In this document: positions 15,396 through 26,508 of the stretch, piece by piece | Layout of the letters: the number at the start of each line of letters is the position of its first letter | Numbering within the stretch: position 1 is the first letter of the stretch | Assembly: GCA_010093605.1 (NCBI GenBank) | Contig: MU004196.1 | Location: 332,606-396,605 of the forward strand | Direction of reading: 5' to 3' | Source: Lophium mytilinum | Lineage: Eukaryota | Length of the DNA stretch: 64,000 nucleotides | The notes under the pieces: generated by a model | Seen by the model: only the letters and a program-made list of their open reading frames with translations | Databases searched by the model: none | Told to the model about the DNA's origin: nothing | Made by a program: the position numbers and the translations under genes

Positions 15396-17240
15396 TCATT
15401 CGCATGGCTGCTCAAAGACGTCGTCGAATGAATCTGGCAGTGCAGAGGTGTGAATGGGCCTCAAAGCAGTCTTGTGCATCTTCCGCCAAGATTTGATTTT
15501 CTCAAGTGCGGAGTCCGTCAATCGCACCGGTTGCTCGCTCCAGAGCCGGGTGTTTTTGGCCTCGACGCCCCAAAGCTGATCCACCTTCACGTAGGCTCTT
15601 TGAGGCATTTGCAAAGAGTCGCTACGCAACTCAAGCAGTGGCGTGTTGTCGTGGCTGAAAGTATAATCGCCCTCGATAGCCAAGTGCCTGATACGCCCGA
15701 GGAGTCCGTCTGGTCCCTCGTAGGAACTGGCAACGTCTTTATTCCCAAAGAGGCAAACCCTGAATGCTTGGATGACTCCGTCTTTCTCGCCCATGATGAG
15801 GATGGGCTTGTCGAGATGTCGATGGCGGTCTTCTGTCGGAATTTGGTCATGCAAGACCGAGTCAGGGGCAGGGTTTGAGGCGAATCGTGCGATGTCTCCA
15901 GGGATCCATGCGTTCAGGTTTGGTCCCTTTGCCTCCCGGCATACTTTACGCGATCCCTCGACTCTTCTGTTCTCCTGGTGGATCAAGGCCAACGACTCCT
16001 CGCTAATACGAATATCCACGGGGACGTAGTCGAAAATGTTTCGGTGTAGGTACTTTTGTTCGACCCGAAAGGTGGTTTCGATTTTCAGCCAGCTTAGCTC
16101 AGGCAGCATGCTGGATTTGAAGTCGTAGTATATCAGCTTGAACGGTCCTCCTTTACCATCAGCGTGGTAGAACACCATGAACCTTTCCCTAAGTACTTGA
16201 TTTTTCAGTGCGTCTTCGCGATTCTTCATGGTCGAGCCTCCAAAGGTTGTTATGGGGAGAAACGAGGCGCTTCCATCCTCATCGTGAATCTCTGTCACAA
16301 GGACAGGCCGGCCGAAGAATTTCTCTTTATCGACTTGTTGGTGGAGCATAGAACCGACTACCTCCGGCTTGGCAGCCAGCATGGCCACGGTTCCTGGGAC
16401 AAGTTGACCCGGGCGAAATTGGGCGGTAATAAATCTTCCTTGGGTCCTAGACACCCAAGACTCCTTGGACCGACCAGGTACGACCTTGTCAGCCGTTGTC
16501 ACAATAGCCTCAAGATCTAGTTTTTCGATGTCTACAACCGACCCGCCTTGGTCTAAATACAGTTCTACCGCCTTGGTGTCGACCCAGAACTTCCTCGTCA
16601 GGTTGACCCGGCAGTGTACCTGAATCTGGTTGGACTTATAAACCAGCCCCAGCGTTATCGGTGGCGGGTCGTCCGTTTTTTCCTCCTCGTTTCCGCCTCG
16701 GGCGTCTGCATCACCCTTCTCCGGATAGTCAAAGCAGTCAACCGAGTCCGCCAGCATTGGGTAAAACGCCAACTTCTGCTTAGCACGGTCGTGCTGTACT
16801 ACAATGATCGGCCCCTCCGCCAGCTTCGCCAGAGTGGTTTCGTCCACGTTGTCCGTGCAGATCCAGTCCTTCAGTCCGTTGTCGTTGCGTAGCCGGCAGA
16901 TCCGCCCTTCTCTTGGGCCATCTCGCCAGGACCTTTCGGGAAGAGATAGTGTGGTTGGGGCCGTGGGCAGAACATACGGTCGCTTCGTTGCTGCCTTCCC
17001 ATTTTGGGTAAATCTTTTCCGCTGCCTTGGTCTACCGGCCTTGGACCTAGACGGCGTGGAGGTCTCGGCACGCGGTGGGGTAGGCGGAGTCAACGGCCTG
17101 TGTGGTGGAGCCCATGGAGGTGGAGTGGAGGGTGGAGTGGGGCCTGATTGCCGCCAGTTGCTAGCCGTCGGGGCAGGAGAAGGGGTTTGCAGCTTGTGTG
17201 GTGGAATGTAGAGAGGCTGACGGGGCCCTTGCTCAGGCAT
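15396..17240 (-). CDS. Paralogue A: Pro-rich N-terminus plus three tandem PemK/MazF-like domains (614 aa)
   Basis: Long intronless ORF. Repeats include VPGTVAML..GRPVLVTEI..FLPITTFGG..RISEESLALI and IPGDIARF..KPILI..YVKVDQLWGVE..VRLTDSALEKI. Homologous to the three nearby ORFs; the fold is inferred. Confidence 0.75.
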   Translation of the reverse strand: MPEQGPRQPLYIPPHKLQTPSPAPTASNWRQSGPTPPSTPPPWAPPHRPLTPPTPPRAETSTPSRSKAGRPRQRKRFTQNGKAATKRPYVLPTAPTTLSLPERSWRDGPREGRICRLRNDNGLKDWICTDNVDETTLAKLAEGPIIVVQHDRAKQKLAFYPMLADSVDCFDYPEKGDADARGGNEEEKTDDPPPITLGLVYKSNQIQVHCRVNLTRKFWVDTKAVELYLDQGGSVVDIEKLDLEAIVTTADKVVPGRSKESWVSRTQGRFITAQFRPGQLVPGTVAMLAAKPEVVGSMLHQQVDKEKFFGRPVLVTEIHDEDGSASFLPITTFGGSTMKNREDALKNQVLRERFMVFYHADGKGGPFKLIYYDFKSSMLPELSWLKIETTFRVEQKYLHRNIFDYVPVDIRISEESLALIHQENRRVEGSRKVCREAKGPNLNAWIPGDIARFASNPAPDSVLHDQIPTEDRHRHLDKPILIMGEKDGVIQAFRVCLFGNKDVASSYEGPDGLLGRIRHLAIEGDYTFSHDNTPLLELRSDSLQMPQRAYVKVDQLWGVEAKNTRLWSEQPVRLTDSALEKIKSWRKMHKTALRPIHTSALPDSFDDVFEQPCE

Positions 17241-18451
17241 GTTTACGAGTCTTCTTCCAACTGATCTATGGCGTAAGTGTCGTCTGAGGCGATAATCGAG
17301 GGTCGATCCAAGTGGGCGACGGTAGGTGTGTTAGGAAGTTGTCAGGCTCCGGAGGCCGGCGTACGAGGTGGGAGATATTGGTATGGGGAGAATGTTTGGT
17401 AATCGAAGCGCTTATCGGTATGGAAAGACGCTGTCAAGAAGCTGGAGCATGCGTATCGAGTCAGCGAATCAGAAAGAATGTCGGATGCTGGAAGTGGGCA
17501 AGAGGTGGTCAAGCAATGTTTGAGATACACCAAAAGTGTGCGTGACTTACACAAGATACGTGCTTAGGAGGATCACAGTGGTCCAAGAGTCGGATTCGGA
17601 TTGCTTCAGGTACGTATGGAAGAGAAAGACTGGATATCTGGAGCTTGCGAGCGCGCGCCTGCTAGAACGCTGGATTGAATGAAGTAGCCTTGCGCCTACG
17701 CTCATTGAAACATTCTATGAGTTAACATCCAGGTAAATTAGGTGAATACAATGGCTAGTGGCCACGAGCGAGCTCGGTCATCCAGTGTGTGGCTGATGGC
17801 CGTCTAGTGCCGTCCGCAGCCGAGCGTGGATACGCGAAGGACCTATACTAGTATAGTAATCGCAAGCTGGCGTCTCTGAACGTTCACCGCCCGTGTCCTC
17901 TTCGGACTGTGAGTGGGAGGGTAGGGATTCAAGGTAGGAATATTGGGCCTCCACGTGTCTTTTAGTGTGTGGTGTCTTGTAAACTGGATCCATGGTTCGA
18001 TATCAATGGTAACCATGGCTTGGTGATGGTAGGACCCTGGAACCCCTTTCTTCTTACGCAACTTCACAGTGTACCAATCTCACGCAAGCGAATTAAAGGT
18101 CACGTTGAACTCCATTATACGACTTCTTGCTTCGAATTACATCAATTTACTTCACGAGCACGAGAATCTCTATTGACAAGAAGAGCATCAGCTCATCCGG
18201 CCCTCCGTCCTCGTACTCGCAAAACGTTCCTATAGTCTAACTACAAGAAAGTCCCCCCTGAAGGTTGGAGTACTAGGACATACCCGCCGCCACTCCTCAT
18301 GCCGTCCACCACATTCCTGATCTGTGTTGGACATGCATCAATGCCAACAAGTCACTGCTCACGAGCGTTAGTATGCAGAATGGCCAGCGTCGTGAGGAAT
18401 GACATACTCCCAGTGCTGTTCCCGTAGACAGGAACACGCTCGGGTCCGGAC

Positions 18452-18895
18452 TCAGTTGGTCGTGCGCGGTTTGGCATGCTCCGGCTCCTTGGTACTAGTC
18501 GGGGCCTCCGTCGTGCGAGCACCGCCACCCTCGTGCTCCGACTTCAGCTTCTGGAACTCCTGGAAGTTCTGCCAGTCCTCGTAGTCCTTGGAGTCCTGGT
18601 CGTCGCTGTCTTTGCCGTGCTTTTCGGGCTTTTCGGACTTGTCGTCCTTCTTACCCGCATTCGAGCGCTTCTCGAAGGTGGTGGGCGGCGGCGGGTGGTA
18701 GCGGTGAGGCCTATAATGGGGATCCCAGATGGGGAGGCCGTAATGTGGCGTCCATGGACGCGTGGTAGGGGTCGTGGCGGGGGTGGAGGGGGTGATTGCG
18801 CTCGCGGTGACCACGGTGGCCGCCGGCGAGGTGTGCTGGGCGGCGGTGGTGGAGGTAGCGACGGCTACAAGGCCGAGGAGGGCAAAGTTGACCAT
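18452..18895 (-). CDS. Small secreted protein (147 aa)
   Basis: Signal peptide MVNFALLGLVAVATSTTAA, Thr/Pro-rich stretch, EKR Kex2-like site and charged C-terminal half. TATATAA lies about 90 bp upstream. Confidence 0.75.
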   Translation of the reverse strand: MVNFALLGLVAVATSTTAAQHTSPAATVVTASAITPSTPATTPTTRPWTPHYGLPIWDPHYRPHRYHPPPPTTFEKRSNAGKKDDKSEKPEKHGKDSDDQDSKDYEDWQNFQEFQKLKSEHEGGGARTTEAPTSTKEPEHAKPRTTN

Positions 18896-19486
18896 TTTGG
18901 GTGGTGGGCTGGAGGCTGTTTGGGGGAGTTGGGGAGGGGTGAGTTGAGATGAGGAAGGGTTTGTGGGTGGGCGACGCTCCTTATATACTTTTTTTGAATA
19001 TTGAAAGGTGGGTAGTGTGGTTTGAATATATGGAACGTGACCATATGTTCACATAAGCGACGTAATGACAATGATTCACGAGATATAGAGCCACTGGGTG
19101 AGAAGTTTCGTCCTTGGTTGATCCCGAACATGTACCTGGAACTATCATTTGTGGCCTCGCACCATTATCAAAGTTCGAAAATCGAGAACAATGAGAGTCA
19201 ACGTAGTCTGAATCATTAGTTCAGGGGCACAGATATACAGCTGCACGGCTTCCACTCTTGCTCGCTTGACACCACTGCAAGGAGTGGCTCAGCGAGCAAG
19301 CATTCAATCAGTCCAAAGTTGATCTGAACTCAACTGCATTGACGTTGATGTCGCTTCTGGAGTTTGAAAAGTCCAATGGTGCACTCCAAGCAGTGGCAAC
19401 AGTGCCCAAACACTATAAACACCTAATCCCCAAGCTGCCGACCTCCGCTCCGGAATCGTACCAAAACTTCCACAAAATCACACATC

Positions 19487-21667
19487 CTACCGCCAATATA
19501 CTCGCGGGACGCAAGACCCAGTCTTGATCGGCCGTCCTAGTACCAACCGACCATTCAGAACCCCAATCGCGCGGTCCGCTTCTTCCTTCGTTGGCAGCTC
19601 GACGAAGCAGAACGATGGGTTTCGGCCAGCGACGTGGTCCCAGTCCATTAGTATGCGCTTGACGGTGAAACCGCTCTTGGTGATCAGAGCATGGACATCC
19701 GATGCCTTTGCTTTGTAGATAAGACTACCGATGTAGATACGGCAGCCGCTCGCGTTGTCGTCGTTGGTGTTATCGGTTAGCGCTAGGTTGGTACCGTCAG
19801 ATTCGCAGTGTGTATGGGAAGATGGTTTCGTCGGAGGGGCTGCGGGTGGCGCTTCAAATGCTGCAGGTGGTCGAGACAAAGGAGCATACTGCGTGGAGCC
19901 TGATAGCATTGATGGAGTAGGAGAATGCGTAGGCAGTTTATGTGGGACGGGTGGCTGGAAAGTATCCTGCTGGGTTACCTGAGTCTGCTTTGCCCATCCT
20001 GGATGTTCGACCGTCTCCGGAGCGTTCCCTTCCTCCTCGTCCGACATCGATACTGCTAGTCCGGGAATGTACGGATGCTGCCCACGGATGGCATCCATCG
20101 TCTCCGAGAGCATGTCGGAACCGTACAACAGGTACTGGATTCGGTAATCCTGGAGAATCTTCACCTCACCAGCAGCTAGATGTATAGGCGTCGTACTCCA
20201 AGCTTTGAGGTTTGTATATTCGACCCAGTATTCCTTGTCGACTTTCACGTAGCAGAGGCTACGGAATTGCGGAGATCCCGACTTAAGCTTGAGTATCGGA
20301 GCGAAGTCGTGGGACTGAGCACCAAATCCATCGATCGCGAGGCTAGATGTCGGAGGATAACCTCCCAGACAATTGATCCGAGTGATAGGGTCCTGACTGT
20401 TGTTCCAAATCACGTGGACTTTGACCATCCCGTTGACCTTACCCGTTACTAGGCAAGGCAACCCGAAGATGTTGATGGTGTCATCTTTCGTTTGCGCGTG
20501 CAGCACAGATGGTTCGCTCAGGACAGGCGGCAAGTAGCAGACGAACCCTTCTTCAAAGTCCCTCCATCGAAGTGGTCGCCCTTCCCCGCTAATGATCGTA
20601 CCCAGTGGATGCTCCTGTACTATGGCAGCTTGGGCTCTCAGACTGTTCAATGACTCGGCATCGAGAACGATCTTCTTTGAGCTGTCCCCATCTGGCCGGA
20701 AGAGTTTGAGGTACTTGGCTTCGATACGGTACTTGGTGATCAGCTGAACGAAAGTTTGCTTTGTCAATCGCCCCGAGTACATCCCCTTCCCTACGCCAGG
20801 AGTTACCACCTCAAACCCATGGTCCTTCGACTTGATCTTGTCCTGCAGTAGCACGTACTGCTGTCGCGACACGCGGTTGAAGAATCCATCGGTTTTCGTC
20901 TGAGCATTCAACTCTTGGACTGTCCTGTTCCCCATGGTCGTCGAGATGACGTAGAAAGACACTATCCCAGTCGATACTTCAAAGTCCGCAATCAACGCTG
21001 GATGGTGGAAGAATTCCTGTCTCGTCTGCTGCTGGAAGATGATCGAGTCTGGCGCAATCGATGTCTTCGGCGGAAGCCAAGCCAGAGTTCCTGGAACCAG
21101 CATGTAGTACTGTTGCAGAACCTCCAGCGAACGACCCTCGAGAAACAGGGGGGCTACAAGATCTGGGGTAGATGATCTTCGCTTCCACGTCTTCCACTCG
21201 GTATAGGGCAGTAGGAACTCCGTCTCAACTCGATACTGCTTCCGGATGTCCACCCACTGCACGGACCATGGCTTGTTTGACGAGCGTCCGTACTTCAGCT
21301 CCTTGGATTGCATCTCCGGATCGTGGTATGGGCTCTCCAGTGGAAGATACCAACGACCACTCTGCGCTACTTCGTCTATCCCTGGGCCGCCGTTCACGAT
21401 TGGTAGGAAGGAAACCATGTTTCCAGTCCCCCAAACTTCCATCACCACTACTTGGTTTCCATAATGCATGTCTGGAAGCTCTTGGCTCGGGAGTAGCGGC
21501 TTGTGGATTACTCCTTTCTGGGCGAGGGTGTGGATGGTGCCGCAGCGGATGCGATTGTCCATGTTGGCGAGGTGCTGTGCCATTGTAGCAGGTGGTGTAA
21601 GCTGTATGTTGTTGTGAGCTGTGTTTTTGTGTTTCTTGTGACTGGGGCTCAAGCGAAGATCTTTCAT
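19487..21667 (-). CDS. Paralogue B: three tandem PemK/MazF-like domains plus C-terminal RRM (start may be the ATG at 21583)
   Basis: VPGTLAWLP..HHPALIADF..FYVISTTMG; YVKVDKEYWVEYTNL; RRM with RNP2 RIYIGSL, RNP1-like NPSFCFVEL and EEADRAIGVLNGRLVLGRPIK. Confidence 0.8.
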   Translation of the reverse strand: MKDLRLSPSHKKHKNTAHNNIQLTPPATMAQHLANMDNRIRCGTIHTLAQKGVIHKPLLPSQELPDMHYGNQVVVMEVWGTGNMVSFLPIVNGGPGIDEVAQSGRWYLPLESPYHDPEMQSKELKYGRSSNKPWSVQWVDIRKQYRVETEFLLPYTEWKTWKRRSSTPDLVAPLFLEGRSLEVLQQYYMLVPGTLAWLPPKTSIAPDSIIFQQQTRQEFFHHPALIADFEVSTGIVSFYVISTTMGNRTVQELNAQTKTDGFFNRVSRQQYVLLQDKIKSKDHGFEVVTPGVGKGMYSGRLTKQTFVQLITKYRIEAKYLKLFRPDGDSSKKIVLDAESLNSLRAQAAIVQEHPLGTIISGEGRPLRWRDFEEGFVCYLPPVLSEPSVLHAQTKDDTINIFGLPCLVTGKVNGMVKVHVIWNNSQDPITRINCLGGYPPTSSLAIDGFGAQSHDFAPILKLKSGSPQFRSLCYVKVDKEYWVEYTNLKAWSTTPIHLAAGEVKILQDYRIQYLLYGSDMLSETMDAIRGQHPYIPGLAVSMSDEEEGNAPETVEHPGWAKQTQVTQQDTFQPPVPHKLPTHSPTPSMLSGSTQYAPLSRPPAAFEAPPAAPPTKPSSHTHCESDGTNLALTDNTNDDNASGCRIYIGSLIYKAKASDVHALITKSGFTVKRILMDWDHVAGRNPSFCFVELPTKEEADRAIGVLNGRLVLGRPIKTGSCVPRVYWR

Positions 21668-22955
21668 ACGGGAATTGTCTGCGAACTTTTAAGGTGTTCT
21701 AGCGGCTTCGAGAGGGAATTGGGTTGCTTGTGTGGTGTGCTGAAGGCGGGTGGCTTTGTGGGAGCAAGCAGAAAGGGCAGTTTGTCTATGCTAGGTGCTA
21801 GTTCCGCTGGTTAGTAGAGGTCGTGGATGAATGAATCAAAGGATTTCACCTTGCTGCTTGGTTAGCGTGTAAAGTAAACAGTGGTGCGTGTTACATTCGA
21901 TCCGAGCTTAACCCGTGTTGAGGTGCTCCCAACGACGCCTCTCAGGTGTAAAACAAGGACGCAAAGCGGCTTGAATCGAAGTCCGAGACTCTCGACCCAC
22001 ATCAAGGACTACATGATACGGCTAAGAAGTTTAGGAGGCTGAAATCATAGTTGTAGATCTGGCGGCCCGAATTGTAGGACTGTAAACTTACATCTTATGT
22101 TTCACTTCTGGAGCGCGCTCAAGTACTTCTTACGGCGTTGCGGCGTCACCAAGGATGAGTTGTTTGAGAGACGATATACACTACACAGAAATTAACTAAA
22201 CATGCCCCCAAGAAAAGATCTTGGAGAAGACTTCCTTGAGTGAATTGCAAGTGATACAATACCAGGCCATGAGTTTGAACACAGGAATATCACTGCTTGA
22301 GTACCGCTTTTGCACGCTGGTTGCTACTGTCAGAGGTAGCCCCATCGCGAGTATAGCTTATGATCAAGAGGAAGCTCAGAATACACTGTCTACAACTTGA
22401 CATCACGCCTCGATTGTGGTCACCCCATGGGCCCCCTCCTGGTAGTGGTGAAGCACTGTGTACAGAGCTATGGCTTGTCACTGTAGTTGTACAGCAAGCG
22501 GTAGGTCACTTCCCTTTCAGAAGGTGAAGATTAACAATGAGGCAAATGAGATCTCCGGTCAGACATATATGGATCAAAGCTGAAGTCTTTAGTTCAGCCT
22601 ACCGCATACCCAAAGACGTGGCACGCAAATCGAGTTCATGCGCCTGAGAACTTCAGGTATTGTTGTCATAGTAACCAGGATATAGAAGTTCCCATTTGAA
22701 TCTGAAATACTACCTAAGCATGGGCCTTGGAGTTCCCCTACGTGATCTACAGCCCACGCCAGAGGCCGCAAGACACTCCAAAAAGGCTGACATTCCACCA
22801 GAGCATGCTCAAAAAGGGTGCCTTCTCTACTCCATCGGAAAAAAAAATATCAAGATAGACCCACATAAGCCACAATACTACAATACGAGCAGCTACCACG
22901 TAGCAACAGGAATTGGGCCTCCATGGGGCCGCGCCTTGTCTTGTGTTGTGCACGG

Positions 22956-24938
22956 TCAATTCTCCCAAAAGAAGTTTACAATCCTCTCTTGGAACAATTG
23001 AGGTCTATTATCCGCACCTCCTTGGCTAGGCTGATTACCTAGGAATGGCGCCCCAGCGCTCGTGGTTCTAGGGGGAATATAAGGTGACGAGATATTAGTT
23101 GAGTATTGAGGAGGTTGACCGCCTTGATTCAACACTGGCATCCCGAATGGTCCATAAGGGGGTCCTTGTGTGGCATGAGGATGAGGCGTAGGCGCATATA
23201 GACGAGAAAATTGTGCGGGCCCTGGAGCCATAGATCCCGAACCAAATGTCGCTTGCCCTGTGTGCTGGTGAGGCCACTGGTGCTGGATACTGACTGGCAG
23301 CTGCGGCGGCCCTCCGTAGGTTTGGTGAAAGTGTTGATTGTAATGGTCGTGGCGGAGACGAGGTGTGCCCTGGAAGTTAGGTACGGTCTGCTGTACCCTA
23401 GTAGGGCCACTGTGTTGCTCATTTTCTTGGCCGTATGGCATCGAAACTGCCAGTGCGTGGCAGAATGGATGATTTCCGGCGAGGGCCTCCTCCGTTGACT
23501 TCGATATCACGGTAATGTCAAGATGATGTCGTCGTCGATACTCCCGAATAGTCTCCAACGCAGATGGGTCTAAGAAAACTGGAGTCGGACTCCACGCTCG
23601 GAGATTTATGTACTCGACGTAGTAGTCTTTCTCAACTATAACGAAGGTCAGCTTCAGCGTCTGAGGCGATCTGAGTCCCAGGTTCAGAAGTGGGGTATCG
23701 TCATGAGCTTTAGCACCATAACCCTCAATTGCAAGGTACACACTACGTTCCCGGCGATCTGTCACTTTGTTTCCTGGGAGCGCTGTTGTGATTGGAATTT
23801 CACCAAATGTCCGCATCGGTAGCACTCGCACCATGCCGTTCTTTTTCCCAGTAACGAGACATGCGCGTCCGTATATGTTGATCTTATTCTGTGCAGTTTG
23901 TTCATGCAGAACGGTCGGATTCGGAAGGTGATCGGGTAAAAGATAGACTTTGCCATCCTCTATTTCTTCCCATCTTGGTGGCGCATCCGGTACGGCCGTA
24001 GGTGGTCTCATCAAGGGGTGTGCCACAGCAAGTGCCTCTTGTGCCCTGATTAAATCCAAAGACGCGTCGTCGAGTATGATACGGTCCTTGTTTCTGCTGG
24101 GGACACTAGAGCCGAGGTAGATGTACTCAATCTGAAACTTTTCCTTTACGTTCAAGAAGCTCTGTTTAAATAAGGGGGCGGAGTCTTCCCTCAGAACGGC
24201 GACCTTGAAGCCGTAATCTACGGAGTTGTCTTTTTTGTCCACCAGAACGAGATACTCGTCTCGTAAAGCGCGATTGAAAAATTTATCAGATGCCCTCTCT
24301 GTATTGATCTGCTTGAAGGTCTTGTTGCCCATTGTCGTGGACAGGTGGAATGTTACAATTCCCGAAGTCCGGTCGAACTCAGTCACTACCACAGGCCGAC
24401 CAAAGATTTTGGAGTAGGCGACTTGTTTGAAGATGATAGAGTTAACATGGATCTGCTCTGATTGGGGAAGCCAGACCATGACCCCGGGTGTGTAAACCGC
24501 GAAAGCATTCAATAGCTCTAGGCACTGGCCAGACAAGATCGTAGGATGTATCGAAAAGGGGCCGTCTGGTTCAATGTATTGACGAAGGAATATCTCTTCG
24601 ATTTCGTACCGCTTTCTGATGTCTACCCATCGTGGAGCCCATACTAACCTCGACTGTGGGGCAAACGCAATCTGCAGCGTGGCACTCCCATTGCCTTTGT
24701 AGTGCCCCTGGAGGCTCTCAAGAGGAAAATACCAGCGATGGTCATTTGGTCTCTCCTGAGCGTCGGGTATTGCGTCTGCGTCGCACAGGGTGGGATATAT
24801 CGTCGCAATGCTGGTGTGATGCCCTACTACCACTACCGGATGGCCATAGTATTGCGTCGGTAGGCCTTGCGCAGTGAGGGTAGACTTCTTCATGTCTTCC
24901 TTGTGGAGCCAGTAGAATTGGCCGATTTGGGTCGCCAT
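22956..24938 (-). CDS. Paralogue C: three tandem PemK/MazF-like domains plus Q/P/G/Y-rich low-complexity tail
   Basis: First ATG is at 24938. IGQFYWL..GHPVVVV; TPGVMVWLP..GRPVVVTEF..FHLSTTMG; DGKVYLLP..GRACLV..VLPMRTFG..HDDTPLLNL. Colinear with paralogue B. Confidence 0.78.
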   Translation of the reverse strand: MATQIGQFYWLHKEDMKKSTLTAQGLPTQYYGHPVVVVGHHTSIATIYPTLCDADAIPDAQERPNDHRWYFPLESLQGHYKGNGSATLQIAFAPQSRLVWAPRWVDIRKRYEIEEIFLRQYIEPDGPFSIHPTILSGQCLELLNAFAVYTPGVMVWLPQSEQIHVNSIIFKQVAYSKIFGRPVVVTEFDRTSGIVTFHLSTTMGNKTFKQINTERASDKFFNRALRDEYLVLVDKKDNSVDYGFKVAVLREDSAPLFKQSFLNVKEKFQIEYIYLGSSVPSRNKDRIILDDASLDLIRAQEALAVAHPLMRPPTAVPDAPPRWEEIEDGKVYLLPDHLPNPTVLHEQTAQNKINIYGRACLVTGKKNGMVRVLPMRTFGEIPITTALPGNKVTDRRERSVYLAIEGYGAKAHDDTPLLNLGLRSPQTLKLTFVIVEKDYYVEYINLRAWSPTPVFLDPSALETIREYRRRHHLDITVISKSTEEALAGNHPFCHALAVSMPYGQENEQHSGPTRVQQTVPNFQGTPRLRHDHYNQHFHQTYGGPPQLPVSIQHQWPHQHTGQATFGSGSMAPGPAQFSRLYAPTPHPHATQGPPYGPFGMPVLNQGGQPPQYSTNISSPYIPPRTTSAGAPFLGNQPSQGGADNRPQLFQERIVNFFWEN

Positions 24939-26508
24939 TTCGGGTATTGTGGTCACCTTTTCTGAGGTATGGTATGGTCGGAGTGGTGTGATGGGACAAC
25001 GAAAGGTGGCAGGGAACGTAGGAGATGGTTTGTTGGCGTTGAACTTTGTGGATAGTGGTGGGAGGTTTGAAAGGTAGCAGAGGTTTGTTTGTTGTGATGT
25101 GCGTAGTTGATGATGATGTGCTTATGAATTTAGGAGGAATTTAGGTAGCCGTGAAGACGCAGATAAATACCAAGGGAAAAATTCACGCCCAAGCACACAT
25201 CGCTGTCACTGAATGTGTAGTTCACTGGCTCGCATCCTAGTACCTTCATGCAGATGAGCTCCCTCTATAATATCTCTAAAGCAGTAGGCGAGGTTTTATG
25301 TCCGCTACAGGCGTTCCGATGCCAACGAAGTGGCGAAGTCACGGATCTAGTATCTGAGCTTGTTGATCTTTTGGAGCTTCCGTTTTTGCTGCAACTATCA
25401 ACTAGGCGCTTGTAGTATTGGCCGGGCTCATGAACTTTCTCTAGCCTGGCGTGACGGCTATCGACGCTGCTGGCGAGGCTATGCTAGAGAGGCCTATTCG
25501 TCGCTACACAAAGTAATGCAGGATTCATCTGAGAAGAGGGGTCTTTAGGATAATGGCGAGGATTCCTTTGATAAATAAAAGCTGTTCTGCAATCATCCGC
25601 GGAAATGGGCGTCCACTGGTAACCTGAGAAAGGCAGCGTTTCGACGACACCCCGGATTCTTGACAGACCGATGATTTCTGCTATTTCTCTTGATCAGCGG
25701 GAGTCATATATGCGGACGAGTGAGATTTGTGCCGAGCTGATTGAGTTGGGAGTAATCTGCTATAGATTCGGACTGACTGCGATGCGGCTTCATCACGGAC
25801 CGCTTTGACAAGGAGTAAGTCCTACAGTTTGGCCACGGCAAACCTACTAGCACAGAAGGACGCTTGAGCTTTCTGGCATGCATGAAGGCACTGCTGTGGC
25901 TTCCTTCACTACTCCTACCTATATGCATGCTAATGGAAGCACCTGGACCGAGCACGTCTATCCAGGCACCACAACACCTAGCCGTTCAACTTGTTGATCT
26001 AGTTAGTGCACACTCGGCCAGCTCAAATACTATCTTAACAACCACTCAGCTCCGATTGTGCTTGCCCTCGAGCTCCCTCTTACCCATTCCTTATATAAAG
26101 CGGCTCAGTGGAGATCCAGGAAAGCTAGGGGCAGTCGGGTAGCAGAGGGTGGACTCTGGAAAGATATCTTAAAGGTCAACAATCGCCACCAGTTGTGAGT
26201 ACACAAGGCTTTCATCTCTTAGTACCTTCGACTTCTCCCTCGCGCGTGCAATCTTGTTTTAACTTGTTAAGCGTCCGTCCAGGCACCAACACTGCAAATA
26301 TCTACCGTGGCTTTGCTTCCATACCTCCTCACCTCCTCGCCTTTTTCATATACTGACCATCGTCCTTCCAGCACGCTGGATACCCTAGAAAACGCTTCTT
26401 GCACTAGCCTGTCCGAATTGGCCATAGCAAAATACTTCCTCGGATGGACGATCGTTCATACAGCTTTGATCGCATGAGACAAAAGCTAATGTTTCTCCCT
26501 CCGGAAAA

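Noticed and set aside
22652..22672. MTTIPE-like similarity to the sequence just upstream of paralogue C's start
   Set aside because: Only about 17 bp and does not extend; likely chance.
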